Shown here: piece after piece, positions 1-9,564 of the stretch
Layout: every line of letters starts with the position of its first letter
Numbering within the stretch: the stretch's first letter is position 1
Position numbers and translations under genes: made by a program
DNA from: Dehalococcoidia bacterium
Lineage (GTDB): Bacteria; Chloroflexota; Dehalococcoidia; Plut-88900
DNA: 64,000 bases
Reading direction: 5' to 3'
NCBI GenBank assembly: GCA_965197585.1
Contig: OZ240215.1
Location: 1,664,001-1,728,000 of the forward strand
The notes under the pieces: generated by a model
Seen by the model: only the letters and a program-made list of their open reading frames with translations
The model's database searches: none
What the model was told of the DNA's origin: nothing

Positions 1-1621
1 CCAGGGACAACCCCTCCAGTAGTTTCCCGTCCAGTGCAATCCCCGCACGTTGCATCCGCACAATGATAGGAACGAGGGGCAGCTCCACGTCGTCCATGAT
101 TTCCCATCGCCCCTCCTCCCGCAGCTCCCTCTCGATCATCATGGATAGGCGCAGGGTAATATCCGCGTCCGCCGCCGCGTACGGGCTCGCCGACTCCACG
201 CTCACCTTGTCCATCGTGATCTGCTTTGATCCTGTGCCGATCAGCTCCGTGATCGGCATCATCTCAATCCCCAGCCTGTCGAAGGAAAGCCCCTTCAGTC
301 CCAATGACTTCTCCCCGATCAGGAAGGCTGCAATCATGCTGTCGTTGGCCAGACCCCGCACCTCTATCCCGTAATTAGCCAGGATCATCATGTCGTAGTT
401 GGCATTGTGGGCTGTCTTGGGCAGCGACTCGTCCTCGAACAGAGGCCGTAGCCTTTCTATTACCAGCTCTCTAGGCAATTGCAGCCCCGAGTTGTGCCCC
501 ACCGGAATGTAGTACGACACTCCGGGCCTCGCCGATATCGAAATCCCCACCAAGCCCGCCATCATCGCGTTCAGGCTGGTCGTCTCAGTATCGAAAGCGA
601 AGTATCCCGCCTCCCGAACCTCCGCAATCATCGCCTCAAGGGCGCCTTCGTCCCGTACCGTGTGGTACTCGACAGCCCCACCCCCCGAGACCTTCTCCTC
701 GGCCTCTTCACCACTCTCCCTATCCCCACCCGGCAGCCGAGGCAGCAAACTGGAAAATTCCAGCTCCCTGAACAGTCCCACCACCGCCTCCCGGTTAAAC
801 GCCGCCCTTGCACAAGCTGGAAGGTCAAGGTCCAAAGGCACCTGCACTATAATCCTGGCCAGGTCCACCGACAGCCTCGCCTGGGATTCGTGCTCTTTCA
901 GTAAACCTTGAATCCGCGGCGGCTTCACCTCTTCTACATGCTTGTATATATCCTCTATCCCCCCGAACTGCTGCACCAGCTTCGCCGCCGTCTTCGCCCC
1001 GATCCCCGGCACCCCAGGTATGTTGTCCGACGTGTCCCCCATCAGCCCCTTTAGGTCTGGGATCAGGACAGGAGGCACACCGTACCTCTCCACAACCTTC
1101 TTCTCGTCGTAGAACACGGTCTCCTTGAACATCCCTCTGGGTATTAGAGCCTTCACGTACGGATTGATAAGCTGGACGATGTCCGTGTCCCCCGTGAGGA
1201 TTACCGTATCAATCCCCTGCTCCGACGCCTGCTTCGACAGAGTCCCGAGAATGTCGTCCCCCTCATAGCCATCCATCTCGTAGGCGGGAATCCCAAAGGC
1301 CGCAATGAGTTCCCGGGTTCGCCTGAACTGCGCTCTCAGTTCATCCGGCGTCGACGCCCGCTGCGCCTTGTATTCCTCATATTGCAGGTGTCTGAACGTG
1401 GGCGTCGGCCTGTCGAATACGATCGCGCAGTGAGTCGGGTCTATCTCGTCGAGAGCCTTCAGCAATGCGCTGGTGAACCCATACACCGCCCCGATAGGTT
1501 CCCCTGTCTTATTCACGGTGAGAGGCGGCAACGCATGAAACGCCCGATGAATCAGCGCATGCCCATCCATCAACAGAAAAAGCGGTTTCCGCTCCAGCAT
1601 AGAAGCCTGTTGGTTCGCCAT
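1..1621 (-). CDS. polA: DNA polymerase I (5' part; runs off window start)
   Basis: Manual translation from ATG at 1621: MANQQASMLERKPLFLLMDGHALIHRAFHALPPLTVNKTGEPIGAVYGFT, later GYEGDD and GDTSDNIPGVPGIGAKTA (5'-3' exonuclease), then FAFDTET (3'-5' exonuclease). Not in ORF track because no stop in window. Confidence 0.95.
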   Translation of the reverse strand, partial: MANQQASMLERKPLFLLMDGHALIHRAFHALPPLTVNKTGEPIGAVYGFTSALLKALDEIDPTHCAIVFDRPTPTFRHLQYEEYKAQRASTPDELRAQFRRTRELIAAFGIPAYEMDGYEGDDILGTLSKQASEQGIDTVILTGDTDIVQLINPYVKALIPRGMFKETVFYDEKKVVERYGVPPVLIPDLKGLMGDTSDNIPGVPGIGAKTAAKLVQQFGGIEDIYKHVEEVKPPRIQGLLKEHESQARLSVDLARIIVQVPLDLDLPACARAAFNREAVVGLFRELEFSSLLPRLPGGDRESGEEAEEKVSGGGAVEYHTVRDEGALEAMIAEVREAGYFAFDTETTSLNAMMAGLVGISISARPGVSYYIPVGHNSGLQLPRELVIERLRPLFEDESLPKTAHNANYDMMILANYGIEVRGLANDSMIAAFLIGEKSLGLKGLSFDRLGIEMMPITELIGTGSKQITMDKVSVESASPYAAADADITLRLSMMIERELREEGRWEIMDDVELPLVPIIVRMQRAGIALDGKLLEGLSL

Positions 1622-1634
1622 GGTCTTTTTCCTC

Positions 1635-1680
1635 CCCTCTCCCTTGAGGGGAGAGGGCTAGGGTGAGGGTGAGGGTGAAT
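1635..1680 (+). repeat. CCCTCTCCC-N5-6-GGGAGAGGG palindrome family (intact copies also ~2793 and ~9410)
   Basis: ccctctccc-ttgag-gggagaggg followed by ctagggtgagggtg; loops are ttgag, tcgac, tctgat. Confidence 0.8.
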
Positions 1681-1772
1681 CCTGTCCCCCAAATCACCCC
1701 GATTATAGCACCCCACCCCCCACACCCTTCCTGCTAATATACGCCCATCATCCGCTTCAATGGGAGGCATTC

Positions 1773-2708
1773 ATGGCCCTGCGTATAGGCATGCACACCG
1801 GCGTCCAGGACGTTAGCTACCCCGACCTCCGCAAGCTCTGGCAAGTCGCCGACTCCAATGGTTTTTACTGGGTCTCCGTCTGGGATCACTTCTACGAAAA
1901 TCCCACCCAAGACGGCAAAAGCCCTTGCTTCGAGGCTACGACCACAATGGCTGCCATTGCAGCGGAAACCGAAAATGTACGCATCGGCTGCCTCGTCATG
2001 GCCATCGGCTACCGAAATCCTGCTCTCCTCGCCAAGGCAACCGTCACCATCGACCATATCAGCAACGGACGCGTTGAAATGGGGATCGGTGGCGGCTGGT
2101 ACGAGATGGAGTTCCTCGCCTACGGCTACCCGTACCCCCCAATAAAGACCCGACTCGACCAACTCGAAGAGGGTGCCCAGATCATTCGCTCCATGCTCCA
2201 CAACGAGTCCACGACCTTCCAAGGCGAGCACTACTCCGTCGATAACGCCTACCTCTTCCCCCGCCCCATCCAGGCCTCTCCCCGACTCTGGATCGGCGGC
2301 CTCGGTGAAAAGCGCACCTTGCGCATTACCGCTAAGTACGCCGATGGCTGGAACGCCGCCTACGTCCCCCCCGAGATGTTCGCCGCCAAGTCCCAGATCC
2401 TCGACGGCTGGTGCGATAAAGAAGGCCGGGACCCGGCCTCAATCACCCGCAGCGTCAACTTAGGCTTCTACATGGGAACCGACGAAGCTGACGCCCGAAA
2501 GAAACACGACGATATTGAAAGCGCCTGGGGTGGCGACCCCACCTACAAGCCTGGCGGCATGCTCTTCGGCACCTCGGCTCAGGTCATGGACCGCATCGGG
2601 GAGTACGTCGACATCGGCGTCACAGACCTCAACATCGCCTTCCGCGCCCCCTTCGACTTCGACGCTGTCCAGTCCTTCATCGAAGACGTAATGCCAGCCT
2701 TCAAATAG
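1773..2708 (+). CDS. LLM-class, probably F420-dependent oxidoreductase
   Basis: WVSVWDHFY, GCLV..IGYRNPALLAK..TIDHISNGR.E.GIGGGW, LWIGGLGEKRTLRITAKYADGWN; RBS GGAGG. Confidence 0.9.
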   Translation: MALRIGMHTGVQDVSYPDLRKLWQVADSNGFYWVSVWDHFYENPTQDGKSPCFEATTTMAAIAAETENVRIGCLVMAIGYRNPALLAKATVTIDHISNGRVEMGIGGGWYEMEFLAYGYPYPPIKTRLDQLEEGAQIIRSMLHNESTTFQGEHYSVDNAYLFPRPIQASPRLWIGGLGEKRTLRITAKYADGWNAAYVPPEMFAAKSQILDGWCDKEGRDPASITRSVNLGFYMGTDEADARKKHDDIESAWGGDPTYKPGGMLFGTSAQVMDRIGEYVDIGVTDLNIAFRAPFDFDAVQSFIEDVMPAFK

Positions 2709-2716
2709 AATCCACT

Positions 2717-2742
2717 GTCATTCCGAGGCCCCGCGAGGAATC
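2717..2742 (+). repeat. GTCATTCC-type REP-like palindrome (intact copies also ~3992, 8101, 10094, 11645, 61247, 61293; partial 53146)
   Basis: gtcattccgaggccccgcgaggaatc; second subtype gtcattccggcc..gagccggaatcc; compensated ATCCC/GGGAT variant at 3992. Confidence 0.85.
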
Positions 2743-2855
2743 TGGGGCGGGGTGGGACTCCGCTTAGTCCCTGGGTGGTGGGCAATCCTACCCTCTCTCC
2801 CTCGACGGGAGAGGGCTGGGGCCGTAGGCTCGCTGAGGAGAGTGAGGGTGAATCC

Positions 2856-3335
2856 CTACCTCAGCCGCTTCATCAACGCCTTGCCCACGTGCGCCGGCAC
2901 AAAAGAGTCCGGGTCTCCACCAAGCTTCACTACCTCTTTCAACAGGGAAGAGCTTAGGAACTGGTGCTCCAGGCTGCTCATAAACGTCACCAGCTCAATG
3001 TCCGGGGCCAGCTTCTTGTTCATCAACGCCATCTCGAACTCACGCTCGAAGTCCGAGTTCATCCGAAGCCCTCGTATCATCACCTTGGCATTGATCTCCC
3101 GGGCGTAGTCCACGGTCAGCCCCGTATACTCAACCGCCCTGATGTTCGGGAAGCCTTCCAGCGAGTCATTGATCAGGGCTATACGTTCCTCGGTATTGAA
3201 TAGCAGCCTCTTGTTGTCTGGTGTGGAGTAAACCGCTATTACAACCTCGTCGAACACTAAGGAGGCCCTCTTTGCGATGTCCAGGTGACCGTTGGTTACG
3301 GGATCGAAGCTCCCGGGGTATAGGGCGGTGGTCAA
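2856..3335 (-). CDS. coaD: Pantetheine-phosphate adenylyltransferase
   Basis: YPGSFDPVTNGHLDI, IRGLR..SDFE.E..MA.MN, SSSLLKE. Confidence 0.97.
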   Translation of the reverse strand: MTTALYPGSFDPVTNGHLDIAKRASLVFDEVVIAVYSTPDNKRLLFNTEERIALINDSLEGFPNIRAVEYTGLTVDYAREINAKVMIRGLRMNSDFEREFEMALMNKKLAPDIELVTFMSSLEHQFLSSSLLKEVVKLGGDPDSFVPAHVGKALMKRLR

Positions 3336-3886
3336 AGACTTCCCTCCACTCGAAAGATGCTCAACATTGTATCACCGTACGTCTTCTCTTTTTCCAGCAC
3401 GAAATTCCCGTACCGTTCCTTGATAGGCCGACGCTTGGAGTGCTCAACAATTAGCAGTCCTTCCGGACTGCATAAGCCTTTCTCACCTATCAGCCCCAGG
3501 ACCCGATCAACCGGCTCATCAGCATACGGAGGGTCCATGAATATCAAGTCGTACTCCCCCGAGAGTGTTCCCACCGCTTTCTCCGCATCCAGCACATGCA
3601 CCCGACCCCGGTCACTTAACCCCGTGGCCTTAAGGTTATCTCCTATAGTTCGAGCCAACCCCCGGTCCCGCTCCACGAAGTCCACCCACCCCGCCCCCCG
3701 GCTCAACGCCTCGATCCCGATCGCCCCTGTGCCTGCATACAGGTCCAGCACCCGCCTCAACTCCACACCCGCCGCATCCAGCATAGAGAACAGCGCCCCT
3801 CGAACCCGTTCAGAGCTGGGCCGCAGCCCCGCATTCGCCGGAGCCTTCAACCTCCGCCCCTTTGCCTCACCAGCAATAACCCGCAT
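3332..3886 (-). CDS. rsmD: 16S rRNA m2G966 methyltransferase
   Basis: MRVIAGEAKGRRL, LDLYAGTGAIGIEALSRGA, DLIFMDPPY; overlaps coaD in the usual gene order. Confidence 0.95.
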   Translation of the reverse strand: MRVIAGEAKGRRLKAPANAGLRPSSERVRGALFSMLDAAGVELRRVLDLYAGTGAIGIEALSRGAGWVDFVERDRGLARTIGDNLKATGLSDRGRVHVLDAEKAVGTLSGEYDLIFMDPPYADEPVDRVLGLIGEKGLCSPEGLLIVEHSKRRPIKERYGNFVLEKEKTYGDTMLSIFRVEGSL

Positions 3887-4090
3887 TCCAGGATTCTAAG
3901 TCCCCCCCACCCAACCCGCAACGCTCTACCTCTTCCCCGTCACCACGAGCCTCCTCCCCAACCCCCTCACCCCGACGCTCCTCCGCCCATTGTCATCCCG
4001 AGGCTCCGCGAGGGATCTAGGATTTTCCCACTCACCTCCCACTACATCCCAGCCCCTCCGTCCTCCTCCACCCAATCTCCATGTTTGATT

Positions 4091-4145
4091 CCGCTCATCC
4101 TGAGCGTGCTGAAAGTCCGCCATGGCGGATCGAAGGGTCGAGCGG
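4091..4145 (+). repeat. CCGCTC..CTGAG-loop-TCGAAG..GAGCGG hairpin family (about 14 copies: 4091, 8145, 27357 reversed, 29827, 41246, 41870, 49482, 49584, 51548, 53225, 55145, 56997, 61188, 63949)
   Basis: Repeated ~34-bp intergenic palindrome; this copy has an extra tccgccatggcgga hairpin in its loop. Confidence 0.85.
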
Positions 4146-4509
4146 ATACACACACCCATCTTAATAACCATACCTCCCCATAGGGACCGCCATCGTTGTC
4201 ACACTGCCCCCCTATGACATCAACCCCTTGCCCCTCCCCACCCTCCCTATAATGTCCCATGACCAAGGCTCACCCTGCGAAAAGCCTTCATTACAACAAG
4301 CCGCAACCCCCTCACCACCCAAATCCTCCGACTCGACAAACAATCAATAATCATGCCTGCGCCCCGCAAACAATCATATGCAAAGCCGTTTCCCTTTGAT
4401 TGTAATATGTCAACTAACTCGCATTTCCCGAACGAAAACACCATCTTGTCTCTTCCAGGCCTCGATGATAAAATCACCCCCGACCCGACCCCCCAATACA
4501 GGTCATCAC

Positions 4510-6207
4510 TTGCCACAACACGACGTACTAGTTATAGGCGCGGGACTCGCCGGTATGAGGGCAGCTCTTGAGGCCCACCGACACGGCGCTAACGTAGCCG
4601 TTGTTTCCAAAGTTCACCCCGTCCGTAGCCACTCCAATGCCGCCCAGGGCGGTATCAACGCGGCCATGCCCGAAGAGGGCCGAGAAGACGACTGGGAGTC
4701 CCACGCCTTCGACACCGTCAAAGGCTCCGACTACCTTGGTGACCAGGACGCCATCGAGATCATGGCCCGGGAAGCCCCGAGCGACATCATTGAGCTCGAG
4801 CATATGGGCGTGATCTTCAACCGCGACGAGCGAGGCAGACTTGGCGCCCGAAGCTTCGGCGGCGCATCCTTCGCCAGGACTTTCTTCGTTGCCGACATCA
4901 CCGGCCAGGCCATCCTTCACGTCATGTACGAACAGCTCATGAAGGCCGGCATCTTCGTCTACGAAGAGTGGTTCGTCACTTCCCTGATCATGCTCGACGG
5001 AGTCTGTAAGGGTGCGGTGGCCATGGACATGCTCTCGGGCAGGATCGAGCCCATCCAGGCAAAGGCCGTGATAATGGCCAGTGGCGGCCTGGGCCGGGTC
5101 TATGAGCCCTCCACCAACGCCATGATCTGCACCGGAGACGGCATTGCCCTTGCCTACAACGCCGGCGCTCCCCTCATGGACATGGAGATGGTCCAGTACC
5201 ACCCCACCACCCTCCCCTCCAACGGCGCCCTCCTCTCCGAGGCCGCCCGAGGTGAAGGCGCTTATCTCATCAACTCCGAGGGCGAGCGCTTCATGGGCAA
5301 CTCCCGCAACCCCTACTACGCCCCCAACAAGATGGAGCTTGCCTCCCGGGACGTCGTCTCCCGAGCAGAACGTGTGGAAATCGATGCAGGCCGTGGCGTC
5401 GATGGCGCAATCCTCCTCGATTGCCGACACCTCGGTAAGCAAAAAATCCTCGAACGTCTATCCCAGATCCGGGAGCTTGGCGTCCAGTTCTCAGGAGTCG
5501 ACATCGCTGAGGAGCCCATCCGCATCGTGCCCGGAATGCACTACCAGATGGGGGGCATCAAGACCGACCTCAACGGCGCAACATCCATCCCGGGTCTCTA
5601 CGCCGCGGGCGAATGCGCCTGCATCAGCCTCCACGGAGGCAACCGGCTCGGGGCCAACTCCCTGCTGGAAACCGTCGTCTTTGGCAGACGCTCCGGCCTC
5701 ACCTCCGCCGAATACGCCTCCTCCCTTAGCCAGCCCATCCTTTCCAACGCCATCAAGTCCGATGAAGAGGCCCGTATCGAGGCTTTACTCAAGCGGGATG
5801 CCAACAGCGACCCGCCCGCCGCGATTCGACTCGCAATGGGCCAGTCCATGCACACGAACGTAGCTGTCTTCCGCGACGCCGACGGCCTTAAAAAGTCCCA
5901 GGAGACCCTCGTCCAGCTCAAGGAGCGCTACGCCAAGGCCTCGATCAACGACAAAGGAAAAGTCTTCAACTACAACCTGCTATCCTACCTCGAGTTGGGG
6001 TTTATGCTCGATTGCGCCGAGACCATCGTCGCCGGCGCAATCGTTCGCAAGGAGAGCCGCGGTGCCCACACCCGCACCGACTACCCCGAGCGAGACGACA
6101 AAAACTGGCTCCAACATACCCTTGTCACCCTTCAGGGGGGCGAACCTCGTATCGACTATGCACCCGTTACTATTACTAGATGGCAGCCCCAGGCCCGAAC
6201 TTACTAG
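4510..6207 (+). CDS. sdhA: Succinate dehydrogenase/fumarate reductase flavoprotein subunit
   Basis: [21 protein letters not shown] (FAD His), [36 protein letters not shown]; start set at TTG 4510 rather than 4378. Confidence 0.95.
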   Translation: MPQHDVLVIGAGLAGMRAALEAHRHGANVAVVSKVHPVRSHSNAAQGGINAAMPEEGREDDWESHAFDTVKGSDYLGDQDAIEIMAREAPSDIIELEHMGVIFNRDERGRLGARSFGGASFARTFFVADITGQAILHVMYEQLMKAGIFVYEEWFVTSLIMLDGVCKGAVAMDMLSGRIEPIQAKAVIMASGGLGRVYEPSTNAMICTGDGIALAYNAGAPLMDMEMVQYHPTTLPSNGALLSEAARGEGAYLINSEGERFMGNSRNPYYAPNKMELASRDVVSRAERVEIDAGRGVDGAILLDCRHLGKQKILERLSQIRELGVQFSGVDIAEEPIRIVPGMHYQMGGIKTDLNGATSIPGLYAAGECACISLHGGNRLGANSLLETVVFGRRSGLTSAEYASSLSQPILSNAIKSDEEARIEALLKRDANSDPPAAIRLAMGQSMHTNVAVFRDADGLKKSQETLVQLKERYAKASINDKGKVFNYNLLSYLELGFMLDCAETIVAGAIVRKESRGAHTRTDYPERDDKNWLQHTLVTLQGGEPRIDYAPVTITRWQPQARTY

Positions 6208-6228
6208 CCGGCTGGAACGCGAGGGAAG

Positions 6229-7176
6229 ATGGAAGTAGCCGTTAAAATCAAACGCTTCAACCGGGAGTCGGGCTCAGGGCCATATTACGAGGACTTCAAG
6301 GTCGAGTGCGATGAGCACGAGATGGTCCTCGACGCCCTGATAAAGATCCGCGAGTACCAGGACCAGTCCCTTGCCCTCCGCTGTTCCTGCCGCAGCGCCA
6401 TCTGCGGCTCCTGCACCATGCGGGTCAACGGTCATGCCGGACTCGCCTGTAACACCAAGATCACCGACGCCCTCTCCCGCTCCGACACCATCGTCGTCGA
6501 GCCTATGGGTAACACCTCGGTAATCAAGGACCTCGTCGTAGACGCTAAACCCTTCTGGGAGAGGATAAACAAGATTCAGCCTTGGCTCTCCCCCACCGGC
6601 CCCACCCCCGACCACGAATATATCGTTGACAACTCCGCCATGCTGGCCCTGAATCAGGTCATGGGCTGCATCATGTGCGGAGCCTGCGTCTCTGACTGCA
6701 CCGTCCTGGAAGTCGACAAGCGTTTCCTCGGGCCCGCTGCCCTTGCCAAGGCCCTCCGCTTCGCCGGAGACCCCAGGGACGGAATAGAAGAAGACAGGCT
6801 CAGGAAGCTCGGTCAGGCTGGCGGCATCTGGGACTGCACCCACTGCTTCGAATGCGTTCAGGTGTGCCCCAAGGGCGTCGCTCCCATGGACCAGATACTT
6901 GAGCTTCGCCGCAAGGCCGTCGAGCAGGGCTTCGTCAACAACAACGGCGCCCGCCACGCCGAGTCCATGTCCAATTCCATCAAGCGAAGTGGCTGGCTGG
7001 ATGAAAAGCGCCTCATCGTCGAGTCCTACGGCATTTTCAACATAGGTGCCCTCCTTGGACTCATCCCCACAGCCTTCCGTTCTCTCAAAGCTAGGAAGTT
7101 GCCGCCTCTTTTTCATCACAAGCGGCCCGGTGCGGACAAAGTAAAGCGCATTTTTGAAAAGCTGGAAAACAAGTAA
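6229..7176 (+). CDS. sdhB: Succinate dehydrogenase Fe-S subunit with C-terminal extension
   Basis: CSCRSAICGSC...C, CIMCGACVSDC, CTHCFECVQVCP. Confidence 0.93.
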   Translation: MEVAVKIKRFNRESGSGPYYEDFKVECDEHEMVLDALIKIREYQDQSLALRCSCRSAICGSCTMRVNGHAGLACNTKITDALSRSDTIVVEPMGNTSVIKDLVVDAKPFWERINKIQPWLSPTGPTPDHEYIVDNSAMLALNQVMGCIMCGACVSDCTVLEVDKRFLGPAALAKALRFAGDPRDGIEEDRLRKLGQAGGIWDCTHCFECVQVCPKGVAPMDQILELRRKAVEQGFVNNNGARHAESMSNSIKRSGWLDEKRLIVESYGIFNIGALLGLIPTAFRSLKARKLPPLFHHKRPGADKVKRIFEKLENK

Positions 7177-8054
7177 TGAAGTACGCCTGGTATCCCGGAT
7201 GCGTGTCCCAAGGAGCCTGCCCAGAGCTCTTCAAAGCCACCCTCGCCGTAGCCGATAAGCTCGGCATCGAGTTGGTCGAACTCAAGGAGGCTGCCTGCAC
7301 GGGCGCCGGAATCCTCAGCGAGCGCAACCCCGAGCTCTCCGACACCCTCAACGCCCGCACCTTCGCCATGGCCGAGCGTCTGGGCCTCCCCCTCATGACC
7401 ATCTGCAGCACCTGTCAGGGTGTCATGAGTCAGGCCAACTACAAGCTCCAGAACGACCCCGAGTACCTCGCCAAGATCAACGAGACCCTCGCCCTGGAAG
7501 GCCTTGAATACAAGGGCACAACCAAGGTCAGCCACTTGCTCTGGGTAATCGTCGAGGACGTCGGATTGGACAAGGTCGAGCCTCTGGTTGAGAGACCCCT
7601 CACCGGCGTCAAGATCGCCCCCTTCTACGGCTGCTACATCCTCCGCCCCACCATGTATCTCGGCTTCGAAGACCAACCCGAGCGTGACACCTACATCGAG
7701 AAGATCACGACCACCCTCGGTGGCATCGCCGTCGACTACTCAGGCAAGACCAAGTGCTGCGGCTTCCCCATCCTCACCATGAACGAAAAGGCCTCCTACG
7801 CCATGGCCGGAGATCACCTCATAGAAGCCAAACAAGAAGGCGCCGACGTTATGGTAACGCCCTGTCCTCTCTGCCACCTAAACCTGGACGGCGCCCAGCC
7901 CAAAGCCGCCCGTCAGAAGAAGATGCAAATTGGCCTCCCCGTCATCCACCTCCCCCAGATGATAGGCTTGGCCTTCGGCATCCTCCCCAAGAAGCTCGGC
8001 CTAAACCGACACATCGTCAACACCAAGAGCTTCGTCGCCAAAGTCCCCGCCTAA
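7176..8054 (+). CDS. HdrB/SdhE-like CCG-domain protein
   Basis: YPGC, ACTG, TICSTCQ, FYGC, KCCG, TPCPLCHLNLD; start overlaps sdhB stop (TAATG). Confidence 0.9.
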   Translation: MKYAWYPGCVSQGACPELFKATLAVADKLGIELVELKEAACTGAGILSERNPELSDTLNARTFAMAERLGLPLMTICSTCQGVMSQANYKLQNDPEYLAKINETLALEGLEYKGTTKVSHLLWVIVEDVGLDKVEPLVERPLTGVKIAPFYGCYILRPTMYLGFEDQPERDTYIEKITTTLGGIAVDYSGKTKCCGFPILTMNEKASYAMAGDHLIEAKQEGADVMVTPCPLCHLNLDGAQPKAARQKKMQIGLPVIHLPQMIGLAFGILPKKLGLNRHIVNTKSFVAKVPA

Positions 8055-8289
8055 CCCCGCCCCATATCGTCCCCTCCCCCCACCCAACCCCCTTAACCTC
8101 GTCATTCCGGCCGCCGAGAGCCGGAATCCATCCCCAGGGCGGGGCCGCTCACCCTGAGCCCCGTCGAAGGGTCGAGCGGGGGTGGCTCAAGTTCGCCAAT
8201 CCGCCGCATCCGCCCCACCCCAACATACCTCTGGCCTTACCTGGACCCCCGTTGCCGTGCAATTAGGAGGCCAGTTTCACTGTCATTCC

Positions 8290-9345
8290 TGTAAGTGTTA
8301 GGTAATTCGTTGACAGATTGGTATTCAATGGGTAAACCAATCTGGGGGCGAGAATGCGAGACAACAGCAAGGACCTCACCCTTGAACGTAACTACATTCA
8401 GAAGTGGCGGTTCCTCATCCATGAGTATCAACTGGTCAAGGCAGGGAAGCATCCCCGTTTCCGCTTCGCCCAGGACTTCTACTCCTTCCACGGCACTAGC
8501 CGTCAGACCTTCGCCAAGTACTACAACCGGTTCCTCCTTTCCCCCTCCGACAACGCCTTCCTCCCCCGTAAGCGGGGTCCCGGGTGGAAGTCCCGCCGCA
8601 CCCTGCCCTACATCGAGCAGAAGGTCATCAACGAGCGCCTTAACGGTACCAACCGTTACGAGGTCTATGCCATACTCAAACCCATCCTTAAACACAACAC
8701 CCCTAAGCCCTCCACCATCTACGCCATCACCAGACGCCACGGTTTCAATAGGCTCACAAAGCCGATGCAGCAATCGAAGCGCAAGATCATCAAGACCCGG
8801 GCAGGAGAGCTGGGCCACCTGGACAGCCACTACCTCAGCCGGGATACCATCGTGGGCACCAAGCACCGCTACTACCTGGTGGGCCTCATCGACGCCTACA
8901 CCCGTCTGGCCTGGGCCGAAGTGGTCGGAGACATCAAGAGTCTCTCCGTTATGTTTGCTACTCTGAAGTCCATCAACTTCCTCAATGTGGAGTACGGCAT
9001 CCAATTCGAGGCCATCCTCACCGACAACGGCCCCGAGATGGCCTCCCCAAGGAACACCGAGGGCTACCCCATGGAACGGATGCTCAATGAGCTGGGCATA
9101 AAGCACCGCTACACCCGCCCTTATAGGCCCCAGACCAACGGGAAGATAGAGCGGTTCTGGAGAACCTTGAACGAGGACCTGCTGGAGGGCACTACCTTCG
9201 AGTCAGTCTCGGAACTGAAGGACGAGCTTCAGCAGTACCTGATCTACTACAATACTCAACGACCCCACCAGGCAATGGATAGAAAGACCCCTTTGCAAAC
9301 CCTTAAATCTCTCTACTGCTGTCAACGAATTACCTGACTTCTACA
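8290..9345 (+). mobile_element. IS481-family insertion sequence, copy 1 (1056 bp; divergent ends)
   Basis: TGT...ACA ends, ~27-bp imperfect TIR with core AGGTAATTCGTTGACAG, ATTCC duplicated at 8285-8289 and 9346-9350. Confidence 0.93.
8354..9337 (+). CDS. IS481-family DDE transposase (integrase core)
   Basis: GHLD..LIDAYTR, ILTDNGPE, TRPYRPQTNGKIERF, YYNTQRPH. Confidence 0.93.
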   Translation: MRDNSKDLTLERNYIQKWRFLIHEYQLVKAGKHPRFRFAQDFYSFHGTSRQTFAKYYNRFLLSPSDNAFLPRKRGPGWKSRRTLPYIEQKVINERLNGTNRYEVYAILKPILKHNTPKPSTIYAITRRHGFNRLTKPMQQSKRKIIKTRAGELGHLDSHYLSRDTIVGTKHRYYLVGLIDAYTRLAWAEVVGDIKSLSVMFATLKSINFLNVEYGIQFEAILTDNGPEMASPRNTEGYPMERMLNELGIKHRYTRPYRPQTNGKIERFWRTLNEDLLEGTTFESVSELKDELQQYLIYYNTQRPHQAMDRKTPLQTLKSLYCCQRIT

Positions 9346-9475
9346 ATTCCGAGGCTCCGCGAGGATCTAGGATTTGCGCGATCACTTATCTGACCTGCCC
9401 CACATTCCCCCCTCTCCCTCTGATGGGAGAGGGTTGGGGAGGTGATTCCCTCCTGGTAGGTGCGCCGCCACCCCC

Positions 9476-9505
9476 TTGACCAAATCAAAACATCCGTGCT
9501 ATATT
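9476..9505 (+). promoter_or_regulatory. Putative sigma70 promoter with LexA-box-like spacer
   Basis: TTGACC-N18-TATATT with AAAC-ATCC-GTGC abutting the -10; RBS AAGGAG at 9555-9560. Confidence 0.55.
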
Positions 9506-9564
9506 ACATCCCAGGTCTCGGCTACGTATGTCGAGCCTAATCAGGAAAGGGATCAAGGAGTCCC

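Noticed and set aside
4378-4509. N-terminal extension of sdhA in the ORF track
   Set aside because: SdhA-like sequence begins at the TTG at 4510; the extension is low-complexity.
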